The position numbers and the translations under genes were made by a program. A DNA stretch of 64,000 nucleotides from an uncultured Porphyromonadaceae bacterium. GTDB lineage: Bacteria > Bacteroidota > Bacteroidia > Bacteroidales > UBA12481. Under the pieces are notes generated by a model, which had not been told where the DNA came from, searched no databases, and saw only the letters and a list, made by a program, of their open reading frames with translations. The stretch spans positions 16,636 to 80,635 of the forward strand of contig CAYHCO010000011.1 in assembly GCA_964355105.1 (NCBI GenBank), in the 5' to 3' direction. Below, piece by piece: positions 50,429 to 58,207 of this stretch. Numbering within the stretch: position 1 is the stretch's first letter; every line of letters starts with the position of its first letter.

Positions 50429-51466
50429 TTAAAAATAGGTTTTTACTGCAAATTCAAACTGATTGATGAAGATTTCCTTGATGGCTGACACATTGTTTTG
50501 CTCATAAAATATTAGCATAGCTTTCTTATAATCAATGGAATCGACAGTTCTAAATGAAATGGGGCAGATTTTTGCCTGCATCAATACCGCATTGCTTACA
50601 ATTCTGGCAGTTCTTTTATTTCCGTCCAAAAATGGCTGGATATAGGAGATAAGGACTAGTGCGAGAAATGCTTTTTCGAAAGCGGTCTTTTTACTATTTA
50701 TAATTAAACAGGCATCTTGCAATGCCTCGGTCAACTGGAATTTATTATCCAGTGGACGGTAATTGGTTCCGGAGATGCCAATCCTTCTGTTTCTTACATT
50801 CCGCTCAATATCAAGATCTTTAATCAGGATGCTGTGAATATCCTCAATTTTCGATAAAGCCAATGGATTCAAATAATCTGGATTTTGGAGGATAAAATCC
50901 AGTGCATCCTTGTGGTTTAACAGCATGATGGCCTCTTCTTTAGTCTTTCCCGAAGCTGTTTCCTTTTCCTTGAGAAGCCTTTCGGTTTCTAATAATGAAT
51001 AGGTGTTCCCTTCAATCTGGGATGATTTCCAACTTAAATCTATGGCCAATCTCTCGAATTCTTTATTATATTCACTAGCTGATAGTTGCGAAACATTTCG
51101 CACAAAAATCTCCTGAAGTTCATGTAGCTTTAATAATTCGCTTTCAGTAAAAACAGTATGTTTTGCCAGCACATCGGTGATTATAGAAAGATTAAACCCT
51201 TGCTTGATTTCCCTTTCATCAATTTCCTTTTGATAATATTGCTCAATATCAATCGGCTGAATCACTTCGTAAATTGGAGAAAGGGAATATTTAGTCCCTT
51301 TTCCCAGACCTTTTGAAGACAGGTATTTCTCTGTAATCAATTTTGCCAGTACTCTTTTTAGGGTGGCATAACTCAGCGGAATATTTACTTTATCAAATAT
51401 CTCCTTTGAAGAGCATTCTCCTGTTTTCCTTACGAATTCTATTATTTGCTGTTCCCGGATATTCAT
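50429..51466 (-). CDS. Fic/Doc-family protein with an N-terminal wHTH and a degenerate active-site motif
   Basis: The Fido core is present, but the motif reads QPFLDGNKRTAR instead of HxFx(D/E)GNGRxxR (His to Gln, Doc-like Lys). N-terminus IIEFVRKTGECSSKEIFDKVNIPLSYATLKRVLAKL. Confidence 0.8.
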   Translation of the reverse strand: MNIREQQIIEFVRKTGECSSKEIFDKVNIPLSYATLKRVLAKLITEKYLSSKGLGKGTKYSLSPIYEVIQPIDIEQYYQKEIDEREIKQGFNLSIITDVLAKHTVFTESELLKLHELQEIFVRNVSQLSASEYNKEFERLAIDLSWKSSQIEGNTYSLLETERLLKEKETASGKTKEEAIMLLNHKDALDFILQNPDYLNPLALSKIEDIHSILIKDLDIERNVRNRRIGISGTNYRPLDNKFQLTEALQDACLIINSKKTAFEKAFLALVLISYIQPFLDGNKRTARIVSNAVLMQAKICPISFRTVDSIDYKKAMLIFYEQNNVSAIKEIFINQFEFAVKTYF

Positions 51467-51600
51467 CGGTTATTAAAATTTGGCTCATAAAAATAGCGAT
51501 TGTAGCTCAAATTATCAATTTTTTGAGCTCAATCTGTTGTTTAGATGAGCCACAATGAATGATGTCATTAAAATTACTTATTTTCGAAAAGCACCCTTCC

Positions 51601-51675
51601 GGGACATTAGCTCAGTCGGTTCAGAGCGCTTGCTTCACACGCAAGAGGTCGGCAGTTCGAACCTGCCATGTCCCA
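51601..51675 (+). tRNA. tRNA-Val (anticodon CAC)
   Basis: Hand-folded cloverleaf. Acceptor GGGACAT/ATGTCCC, D arm GCTC...GAGC, anticodon stem CTTGC/GCAAG with loop TTCACAC, T arm GGCAG-TTCGAAC-CTGCC, discriminator A. No encoded CCA. Confidence 0.9.
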
Positions 51676-51771
51676 CACAGAAAAAAAAGTCGGTCTTTCC
51701 CAACTGGGGCCATCAGTTTAAGGTCAGAAATCTAGCAGACATTAAAATCCATAAAATTTAATGTCTGTCCT

Positions 51772-51933
51772 CATCCGGTTCTTCCCATCGATCGGGAACT
51801 TTACTATTCAGTCGAAATTCTGGAACAGCTGGTAGAGGCGGAAACCTCATTGACCCGGCTTCAGGGTAGGAGCGCAGCCATTACCAATCAAGGGGTATTG
51901 AATTTGGAATTGTACAGGATCCTTTCTGAATAG
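51772..51933 (+). pseudogene. Remnant of a Fic_N-type N-terminal domain
   Basis: The frame reads ...LPIDRELYYSVEILEQLVEAETSLTRLQGRSAAITNQGVLNLELYRILSE-stop. This resembles the Fic N-terminal domain (LP...IL..L..A...L..L.G) without the catalytic domain. Confidence 0.45.
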
Positions 51934-52000
51934 GAACAATTGAATCCTTCCGCAGTATTTCATATTATGCTATTTTTAGTTTTTAAAAGAACCAACTGGG

Positions 52001-55000
52001 ATGTTCAATTGGAGTCAATTAAAAAGGTTTTTACAGTTTTTTTGGGCAATCGCTGCCATGGTAATACCTGTGCATAAGGCCCCGCTTTGTGCGCAGGAGG
52101 TTTATTCAGAAAGGAAGTATACCATTGACAACGGCCTGTCCCATAACCAGGTTGTCTATGTAAATCAGGATACAACCGGTTTTCTCTGGATCGCGACTTG
52201 GGATGGCTTAAATCGATATGATGGCTATCAGATACAAACCTATTATCACCGCACTGAAGATTCCACCTCTTTCCCTGGCTTTTCGATCGAAAAAGTTTTA
52301 GTTGACAAAGCTAATCATGTGATTGTTGATTGCGGCTTTTTTATGCCGGCTGTTTATGATCCCGAAAAAAATTGCTTCAGTATATTGAAAATCAATGGCA
52401 TGACGTGTGATAACTTCGATATAAATGTAGGAATCGACCGAACTGTTTGGGCCATAAACGATGCCAGCCTGTTTGAATTCGACGATTCACTCAAAATTAA
52501 GCGCACATTTGAAATGACAGATCAGGCCGGGCAGAAGTTTTCCATATCCCGACGGCCTCAACTGGTGATCGATAATACCGATCGCCCCTGGGTTTTCCTG
52601 CCAATGGGCGACTGGTACATGGTTTACAAGGGAACCATTGTAAATGATACGCTGGTCAGGTGGAGTTCAGTTAGAAATCTGGAAACTAAGACATTCACGA
52701 CTTTTAACATCATAAACGATACAGAAAACCTCGAAATTCAGGAAACGGCCAATGGCGAAACCTACCTGTTCTCCAAATTCGGGTTGTATTTATTTGATCC
52801 CGGTTCCGAATCATTTTCAAAGGTTTCGGGAAATCCGGATCCCCGCCTGTTTTCAGGAAAGGCTGCCTTTTTCTGGGGCGATGGAGAAAATGGGCTGAAC
52901 TATATCGATACGGAGACTGATCAGGTGCATCAAATCAAATTGAAGACCAATAGCTTTTTTGAGACGGCCTTAAAAGACCGGTCCGGAAATATATGGGCTG
53001 GTATTGTAACGGAAAAACGAGAAGATCTTGGCCTGTTTCGTTATAACCTGGCCAATCCATTTTTTAAGCATTACCTCACAGGGCCTGACGAACACGGGGA
53101 TATCCGGATGATATTTTCAGTTTTCAAGGACAAACAGGGAAACGTTTGGGCCGGCATGAGAAAGGATAACTTTTTATACCGGGTTAAGCCCGATGGCAGG
53201 ATCAGTAAAATGGATTACTCTTACGCATTAAATCCGGAAACAAGGGTGAAGCCAAGAATTCTGGCGGGAGATACGAATGGTTTCTGGATTGCAGGAACGA
53301 ATGATGTCCTTCTTCTTTATGATTATCAGTCCCAAAAATTCAGCACCCGGTTTAATCAGTCTATTCGGGATCAGAATGGGGGTAAGGAAATAGGGTTTCA
53401 TAATACTATTGTTGATCGGGAAAGAATTCTGTTCAATGGTTTTGACGGGATTTTTTCCTATGCCAAAGGATCAGGGATTCTTTCGCAGGTATTTAAAGTT
53501 GACCCGTACGGAGTTCAGCACAGTTTTATGAGGGCCAATGATGGTGGTTACTGGATTGGAATATGGAACAATTCTGTAATAAAACTGGATAAGAATTTCA
53601 AGCTGGAAAATACCTACAAGCTCGGAAGAGAAAATACCCTGGTTGAGCATGTTTGCCCGGGTGACAATGATGATCTGTGGCTGGCATTAATGGGAGGCGG
53701 ATTGGGGCATCTTTATCCTGCTACGGGTAAATATGAATTTTTTACTACAGCTGACGGATTAAGTAATAATGTTTTATACAGTCTCTTAAAAGACCGTCAT
53801 GGTAATTTGTGGATGTCGACTAACCAGGGTATATCCATGTTTAATCCCAGATCGAAATACTTCAGGAGATTTGGCCGGGAAGAGGGACTCATGATTGATG
53901 AGTTCAATTCTGATGCCTGGTTCCAGTCGGAGGATGGAGAAATGTTTTTTGGTGGAGTTGGAGGGGTGGTAAGCTTCTATCCTGATAGCCTTTTATTTAA
54001 AAATGATTACACAAAAAAATCGACTCTTCTCATTACTGAATTTCTTGCATCAGGGCGCCCGGTATTTTTGGGTAATCTTCAGCAGGGTGAAGTAACTCTT
54101 CAAAAAGGTGACAATAACTTTCAGGTCACCTTTGCTCTTCTCGATTTTCAGCATTCCAACCGGATTAAATACCGTTACCGGTTGCTGGGTGCGAATTCAG
54201 ACTGGTTATTGTGCGGATTCCAGAATCGAAGAGTGATGTTTGATAATCTGACGCACCGCGACTACACACTTCAAGTTGAAGCAACTGATCAACAGGGTGA
54301 ATGGGCTTATTCGAGAACTCTCATTATCCATATTCCGCATAGGATCATTGAAGCTACCTGGTTCTGGATGTTAAGTATCCTCGTGATTGGAGGGATCATT
54401 TTCATGGTGGTTTTGTTATTAATCAGGAACCGCAGAGCAGCAACCCGGCAGTTAGAGAATAACCTGCGGATGGAGAGCCTTAGAGGACAGATGAATCCCC
54501 ATTTTATTTTCAATTCTTTGAACTCAATAAATTATTTCATTTCAAATAACGATAAAATCTCTGCCAACAGTTTTATCGCTGATTTCTCCAGGCTGATCCG
54601 ACAAACGCTGGAGAATTTATCATCGAGCCATGTTCCTCTGGACACTGAACTCTCCTCAATTTCTGATTACCTGAAACTTGAACATCTGCGGTTTGGCGAC
54701 CGGTTTAGCTACTCCATCCAAACCGGGGCGATAGATGTGCTGGAAAAAATTGAGGTAGTGCCCGGGTTGGCACAACCCTTTATTGAAAATGCGATTTGGC
54801 ATGGAATACGGGGCTTGCAGGGCAGAACCGGTACTGTTACAATTTCGTTTTTTCCATTACGGCCGGATGCCCTGGAATGTATCATTGAAGATGACGGAAT
54901 TGGATGCCGATTATCGAAGAAAACCCGTATTGACCTGCCAGGTAAACAATCTCAGGGCATACGGATTGTAAGGGACCGCCTCCACCTTCTTAGTAAAACG

Positions 55001-55105
55001 AACGGAGCTTCTTATGATGTTGAAATTGTTGACCTGCATCAAGGCCGGGAAGAGCCGGGTACAAGAGTGCGCCTGCTGATACCCATAAAAATTGATAAGA
55101 AATAA
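52001..55105 (+). CDS. Sensor histidine kinase: periplasmic beta-propeller repeats + Y_Y_Y domain + TM + LytS-type kinase
   Basis: Repeated WIAT/WAGI/WMST propeller motifs. A TM helix (WFWMLSILVIGGIIFMVVLLLI). LytS-type H-box RGQMNPHFIFNSLNSINYFI. An HATPase block (ENAIWHGI...DDGIG). Confidence 0.85.
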   Translation: MFNWSQLKRFLQFFWAIAAMVIPVHKAPLCAQEVYSERKYTIDNGLSHNQVVYVNQDTTGFLWIATWDGLNRYDGYQIQTYYHRTEDSTSFPGFSIEKVLVDKANHVIVDCGFFMPAVYDPEKNCFSILKINGMTCDNFDINVGIDRTVWAINDASLFEFDDSLKIKRTFEMTDQAGQKFSISRRPQLVIDNTDRPWVFLPMGDWYMVYKGTIVNDTLVRWSSVRNLETKTFTTFNIINDTENLEIQETANGETYLFSKFGLYLFDPGSESFSKVSGNPDPRLFSGKAAFFWGDGENGLNYIDTETDQVHQIKLKTNSFFETALKDRSGNIWAGIVTEKREDLGLFRYNLANPFFKHYLTGPDEHGDIRMIFSVFKDKQGNVWAGMRKDNFLYRVKPDGRISKMDYSYALNPETRVKPRILAGDTNGFWIAGTNDVLLLYDYQSQKFSTRFNQSIRDQNGGKEIGFHNTIVDRERILFNGFDGIFSYAKGSGILSQVFKVDPYGVQHSFMRANDGGYWIGIWNNSVIKLDKNFKLENTYKLGRENTLVEHVCPGDNDDLWLALMGGGLGHLYPATGKYEFFTTADGLSNNVLYSLLKDRHGNLWMSTNQGISMFNPRSKYFRRFGREEGLMIDEFNSDAWFQSEDGEMFFGGVGGVVSFYPDSLLFKNDYTKKSTLLITEFLASGRPVFLGNLQQGEVTLQKGDNNFQVTFALLDFQHSNRIKYRYRLLGANSDWLLCGFQNRRVMFDNLTHRDYTLQVEATDQQGEWAYSRTLIIHIPHRIIEATWFWMLSILVIGGIIFMVVLLLIRNRRAATRQLENNLRMESLRGQMNPHFIFNSLNSINYFISNNDKISANSFIADFSRLIRQTLENLSSSHVPLDTELSSISDYLKLEHLRFGDRFSYSIQTGAIDVLEKIEVVPGLAQPFIENAIWHGIRGLQGRTGTVTISFFPLRPDALECIIEDDGIGCRLSKKTRIDLPGKQSQGIRIVRDRLHLLSKTNGASYDVEIVDLHQGREEPGTRVRLLIPIKIDKK

Positions 55106-55108
55106 ACC

Positions 55109-55867
55109 ATGATACCTGACGAAATCACAGCTCTTATCGTTGATGATGAGCAACCTTCCCGAACTGTTTTAGCAAATTTTCTAAAGGAATATTGTCCGAT
55201 GGTTCGCATTCTCGCCGAATGCAATTCATCTGAAACCGCCTTCGAGAAGATAACTGAGCTTAGGCCGAAGTTAGTGTTCCTTGACATTGAAATGCCGGCT
55301 GGTAATGCGTTTGACTTGCTCAGGAGGTTCGAAACCATTGAGTTTAAGATCATCTTTGTTACGGCATTTTCTGAGTATGCAATCCAGGCTTTCCGACATT
55401 CAGCCACGGATTATCTTCTCAAACCGTTAAAAGTGAGTGAGCTGATCGAGGCGGTTCATAAGGTGGCAAAGGAACTCACGGCGAAGTACGGAAACCTTAA
55501 TGTCCAGACCTTAATGGAGAACCTGCAATTAAAAGAAGAAGATGAGAAAAAGTTGGTTATCGCGGATTCGAATGGATTTCAGGTGATCAACTCACGCGAT
55601 ATTATCTTTTGTGAGGCCAATGGGTATTGTACACTGTTTTACCTGTCGAACCATATGGTGACTGCCAGTTCGCGAAATCTCAAGTATTATGAGAATATGC
55701 TCTCTGCCAGTACTTTTATGCGTGTGCACAACTCCTTTCTTGTCAACCTGAATCACGTCAAGGGATACCTGAACACCGAGGAAATTAAGCTAACGGAGGG
55801 ACATAAGGTTCCGCTGAGTGGATCGGCAAAGAAGGAGTTTGTGACGTATTTTAAGAAGTTCAAGTAA
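55109..55867 (+). CDS. LytTR-family response regulator
   Basis: Receiver domain (ALIVDDE...LVFLDIEMP...IIFVTAF...YLLKP). C-terminal LytTR DNA-binding domain (IIFCEANGYCTLFYL...FMRVHNSFLVNLNHV). Starts 3 nt after the kinase stop. Confidence 0.9.
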   Translation: MIPDEITALIVDDEQPSRTVLANFLKEYCPMVRILAECNSSETAFEKITELRPKLVFLDIEMPAGNAFDLLRRFETIEFKIIFVTAFSEYAIQAFRHSATDYLLKPLKVSELIEAVHKVAKELTAKYGNLNVQTLMENLQLKEEDEKKLVIADSNGFQVINSRDIIFCEANGYCTLFYLSNHMVTASSRNLKYYENMLSASTFMRVHNSFLVNLNHVKGYLNTEEIKLTEGHKVPLSGSAKKEFVTYFKKFK

Positions 55868-55880
55868 AGGGTAATCTGGG

Positions 55881-56189
55881 TTATAATACGTTAGTCAATC
55901 CTTTGTTATTGTATTTGTCTATGGTTGCTTTCGTGGAGAACCCCGTATGCGCACCATCGGCCAGGGCCTTCATGAAATTCATTTGATAAGCGCTAAGCCC
56001 ATCCGTTTCTTTCTGATATAATAAAATACTCTGATCCAGAAGATCTTTCAGACCATTCGACAACTCATCTTCTCCTACTTCACGCTCAGTTCTCAGCCAC
56101 ACAAGCCAGGATAGTTGCTGTACGTAAAAGGATTGATTCTCCAACAAGTCGCATATTTGTCCCGGATAGCGTTTTAAACAAAAGTCCAT
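55881..56189 (-). CDS. Hypothetical 102-aa ORF, likely the stranded C-terminal part of a COG1672-type ATPase
   Basis: FYVQQLSWLVW...LSAYQMNFMKALADGAHTGFSTKATIDKYNNKGLTNV resembles the C-terminal wHTH region of those ATPases. No P-loop domain lies upstream. Confidence 0.35.
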   Translation of the reverse strand: MDFCLKRYPGQICDLLENQSFYVQQLSWLVWLRTEREVGEDELSNGLKDLLDQSILLYQKETDGLSAYQMNFMKALADGAHTGFSTKATIDKYNNKGLTNVL

Positions 56190-56412
56190 TTCGAAAAGTG
56201 TCCAACTATGTGATCTTAAATCGAATCGTCCTTCGCTAATCCTGATTCATTCAAATAATAGAAAAAAGAATATCTATCGACCGCAAATCAGGGTTGATTT
56301 GGAAACGATTGGTTTTTGTGACATTGTAATTGGATTCTGGAATTGCTATAATTGTAGTGCCATGCTTGCAGGAACTTGAACATGAGATGTATCATTGATT
56401 TCAATTACCAAC

Positions 56413-56460
56413 AAAGGTTTTATATTGATGACAAAATAGTCTTTTGGAGTAAAGGTTTTA
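56413..56460 (+). repeat. Perfect 10-bp direct repeat AAAGGTTTTA (56413-56422 and 56451-56460) upstream of the WD40 operon
   Basis: Two identical 10-mers with starts 38 bp apart. The second ends 21 nt before the ATG at 56482. Confidence 0.6.
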
Positions 56461-56481
56461 CCATTTAGTTTTAATTGTGCC

Positions 56482-57924
56482 ATGGCAAGAAAGAAAAAGA
56501 ATAATTTGGAGGAACCGAAAATTTTTGCCGTTAAGAGGAGTGATGAGGGACTGGCATTCTCCCGTAAGGAGTTCCTGGGTGCTTTTGGCGCGATCGGCGC
56601 CGGATTGACGGTCGTTCCATCTGTTTTTTCCTCAGATGGAAAGGTTACCGGTCCAAATATGACAAGCGTTCTGACAGCACATGCCGAAGAGGTGAACGTT
56701 GTGGCATTCAGCCCTGATTCAAAGTTACTGGCGTCGGGAAGCAAGGATAAAACGGTAAAATTATGGTCGGTGCCCAACGGTAAAGTGATGTCACGTTTGA
56801 CCGGTCATAGTTCTTCTGTTCTCTCCCTATGTTTCCATCCGGATGGAAAAAGGCTGGCGTCAGCGGGCTTGGATAACACGATCCTGATCTGGTCGGTTTC
56901 AAAAACAAAAATATTATCCACGATTACAGGACATTTAGGATCGGTGAACGCGATTGCTTTCAGTCCTGATGGGAAGTTCCTGGCGTCCGGCAGTGCCGAC
57001 CATACTGTAAGGATCTGGTCCTTTCCGGAATTGATAGCGTTGGGTACATGGAAAGGCCACACGGATTCGATTAATGCTGTTGCTTTCAGTCCGGATGGAA
57101 AAGTTTTGGCTTCGGCTGGTGTTGATCGGACCATAAGCCTTTGGTCGGTTCCGGGGGGGGAGCTCCTGAAAACTTTACCCGGGCATGACCTTCCGATCAA
57201 TTCTGTTTGCTTCAGCCCTGACGGAAAAATGCTGGCCGCAGGAAGTTACCAGGATGTCATCAGCTTCTGGTCGCCATCGACTGGGAGCATGATTCAAACT
57301 TTTGATGGCGATACTTATGCCGGGTTAACCATTAGTTTCAGCCCTGATGGGAAAATGCTTGCCGCCGGTGGTGATATTGACAACATAAGGCTTTGGCCCA
57401 TGCAATATTGGGAAAAGAGTCTGGTGTTGCTTGGCCATTCCGGCTCTGTCAGCTCGGTATGTTATAGTCCTGACGGAAGTTTTTTGGCTTCTGGAAGTAT
57501 AGATAAGACCATCCGGCTATGGAATATGCCAGGTGGTGAAAAATTTGTGACCTTTTTCGACCCTTTAATTAATGAGGAAACAAATGCCAGGGAAGTAAAA
57601 GTGATGGGGAACTCAATAATTACAGTTCCCTGTGGTACACCACTTCCTTCAGGGGCAATTTGCATTTGCGACTGTGTTGCTGCTTCACAATCTTACCCTG
57701 GACCGACGATGGTTTGCACCTGCAATACTATCCTGGTGCCCTCAGGGACATATTTATCCGGTTCAATGACTTGCATCTGCGACACCGTTGCAGTGGGTAT
57801 TCCTAAGAAGGTGTGTTCTTGTAATTCGGTGGAAACATGCAGTTGCAACCAGGTGTGCACCTGTGATAAAGTGTGCAGCTGCAATAATAATGTAACCTAC
57901 CTTACCTACTGGTATCCAAATTAA
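56482..57924 (+). CDS. Tat-like-signal seven-bladed WD40 beta-propeller protein with a C-terminal Cys-rich C-x-C-(D/N) repeat tail
   Basis: 480 aa. N-terminus MARKKKNN...SRKEFLGAFGAIGAGLTVVPSVFSS. Seven WD40 units of the form GH..V.A(V/I)AFSPDGK.LAS(G/A)..D.T(I/V).(L/I)WS. Residues 384-480 contain 16 Cys in CICDCV, CTCNTI, CICDTV, CSCNSV, CSCNQV, CTCDKV, CSCNNNV, and end in YLTYWYPN. Confidence 0.85.
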   Translation: MARKKKNNLEEPKIFAVKRSDEGLAFSRKEFLGAFGAIGAGLTVVPSVFSSDGKVTGPNMTSVLTAHAEEVNVVAFSPDSKLLASGSKDKTVKLWSVPNGKVMSRLTGHSSSVLSLCFHPDGKRLASAGLDNTILIWSVSKTKILSTITGHLGSVNAIAFSPDGKFLASGSADHTVRIWSFPELIALGTWKGHTDSINAVAFSPDGKVLASAGVDRTISLWSVPGGELLKTLPGHDLPINSVCFSPDGKMLAAGSYQDVISFWSPSTGSMIQTFDGDTYAGLTISFSPDGKMLAAGGDIDNIRLWPMQYWEKSLVLLGHSGSVSSVCYSPDGSFLASGSIDKTIRLWNMPGGEKFVTFFDPLINEETNAREVKVMGNSIITVPCGTPLPSGAICICDCVAASQSYPGPTMVCTCNTILVPSGTYLSGSMTCICDTVAVGIPKKVCSCNSVETCSCNQVCTCDKVCSCNNNVTYLTYWYPN

Positions 57925-57927
57925 GGG

Positions 57928-58206
57928 ATGATGGCACTCAAAAACTCCATGCGCAAGTTCCTGATCAACCCGGAAATCCTTATCGCAACTGAAATGCGCG
58001 GCTTTAACATCGTAAACCCAATCGATGGAACAAGCATTTTTATGCATTATCCGGAAGCTGCAGTGTGGTCGATTCTGAGCAGGAACCTTGATAATGAAAA
58101 ATCATACCTGATGTTAATGGCGATAATGGATAAGTCAAAGGAAATGACTTTGGAATTCATTAGCACCTGTCTCAGGGAATGGGCTGTGCTTAAGCTTATT
58201 CGGTGA
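57928..58206 (+). CDS. PqqD-like peptide chaperone (RiPP recognition element protein)
   Basis: 92 aa. ...GFNIVNPIDGTSIFMHYPEAAVWSILSRNLDNEKSYLMLMAIMDKSKEMTLEFISTCLREWAVLKLI follows the PqqD pattern: beta strands, then LN-x-x-A-x-x-W-type helix, then a helical bundle ending in G/L-I. Starts 3 nt after the WD40 stop. Confidence 0.65.
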   Translation: MMALKNSMRKFLINPEILIATEMRGFNIVNPIDGTSIFMHYPEAAVWSILSRNLDNEKSYLMLMAIMDKSKEMTLEFISTCLREWAVLKLIR

Positions 58207-58207
58207 A

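Noticed and set aside
51736-51767. 11-bp-stem hairpin (CAGACATTAAA / TTTAATGTCTG) downstream of tRNA-Val, considered as a terminator or att site
   Set aside because: No T-run follows it on either strand, and it has no similarity to the tRNA 3' end. It is mentioned only as context for the Fic/tRNA finding.
56382-56468. 28-codon small ORF (MRCIIDFNYQQRFYIDDKIVFWSKGFTI) just upstream of the WD40 gene, considered as a stand-alone RiPP precursor
   Set aside because: It has only one Cys, no Gly-Gly or other leader-cleavage motif, and no repeat or core-like region. It coincides with the direct repeats that look regulatory. It cannot be excluded without Ribo-seq or peptidomics, so it is recorded here rather than called.
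56346-56777. 143-aa minus-strand ORF overlapping the WD40 gene start, and the antisense ORFs 56805..57200, 57462..57665, 57693..57884 and 57763..58047
   Set aside because: They are antisense to the WD40 repeat gene, whose periodic repeat structure is unmistakable. They have no motifs of their own and no plausible operon context.
57631-57921. Cys-rich tail interpreted simply as a metallothionein-like metal-binding domain
   Set aside because: C-x-C clusters do resemble metallothioneins, but three points favour enzymatic crosslinking. D/N is invariant after each pair. The gene is tightly translationally coupled to a PqqD-like protein and SPASM enzymes. The protein carries a Tat-like signal. The metal-binding idea is kept as the main alternative hypothesis in the findings.
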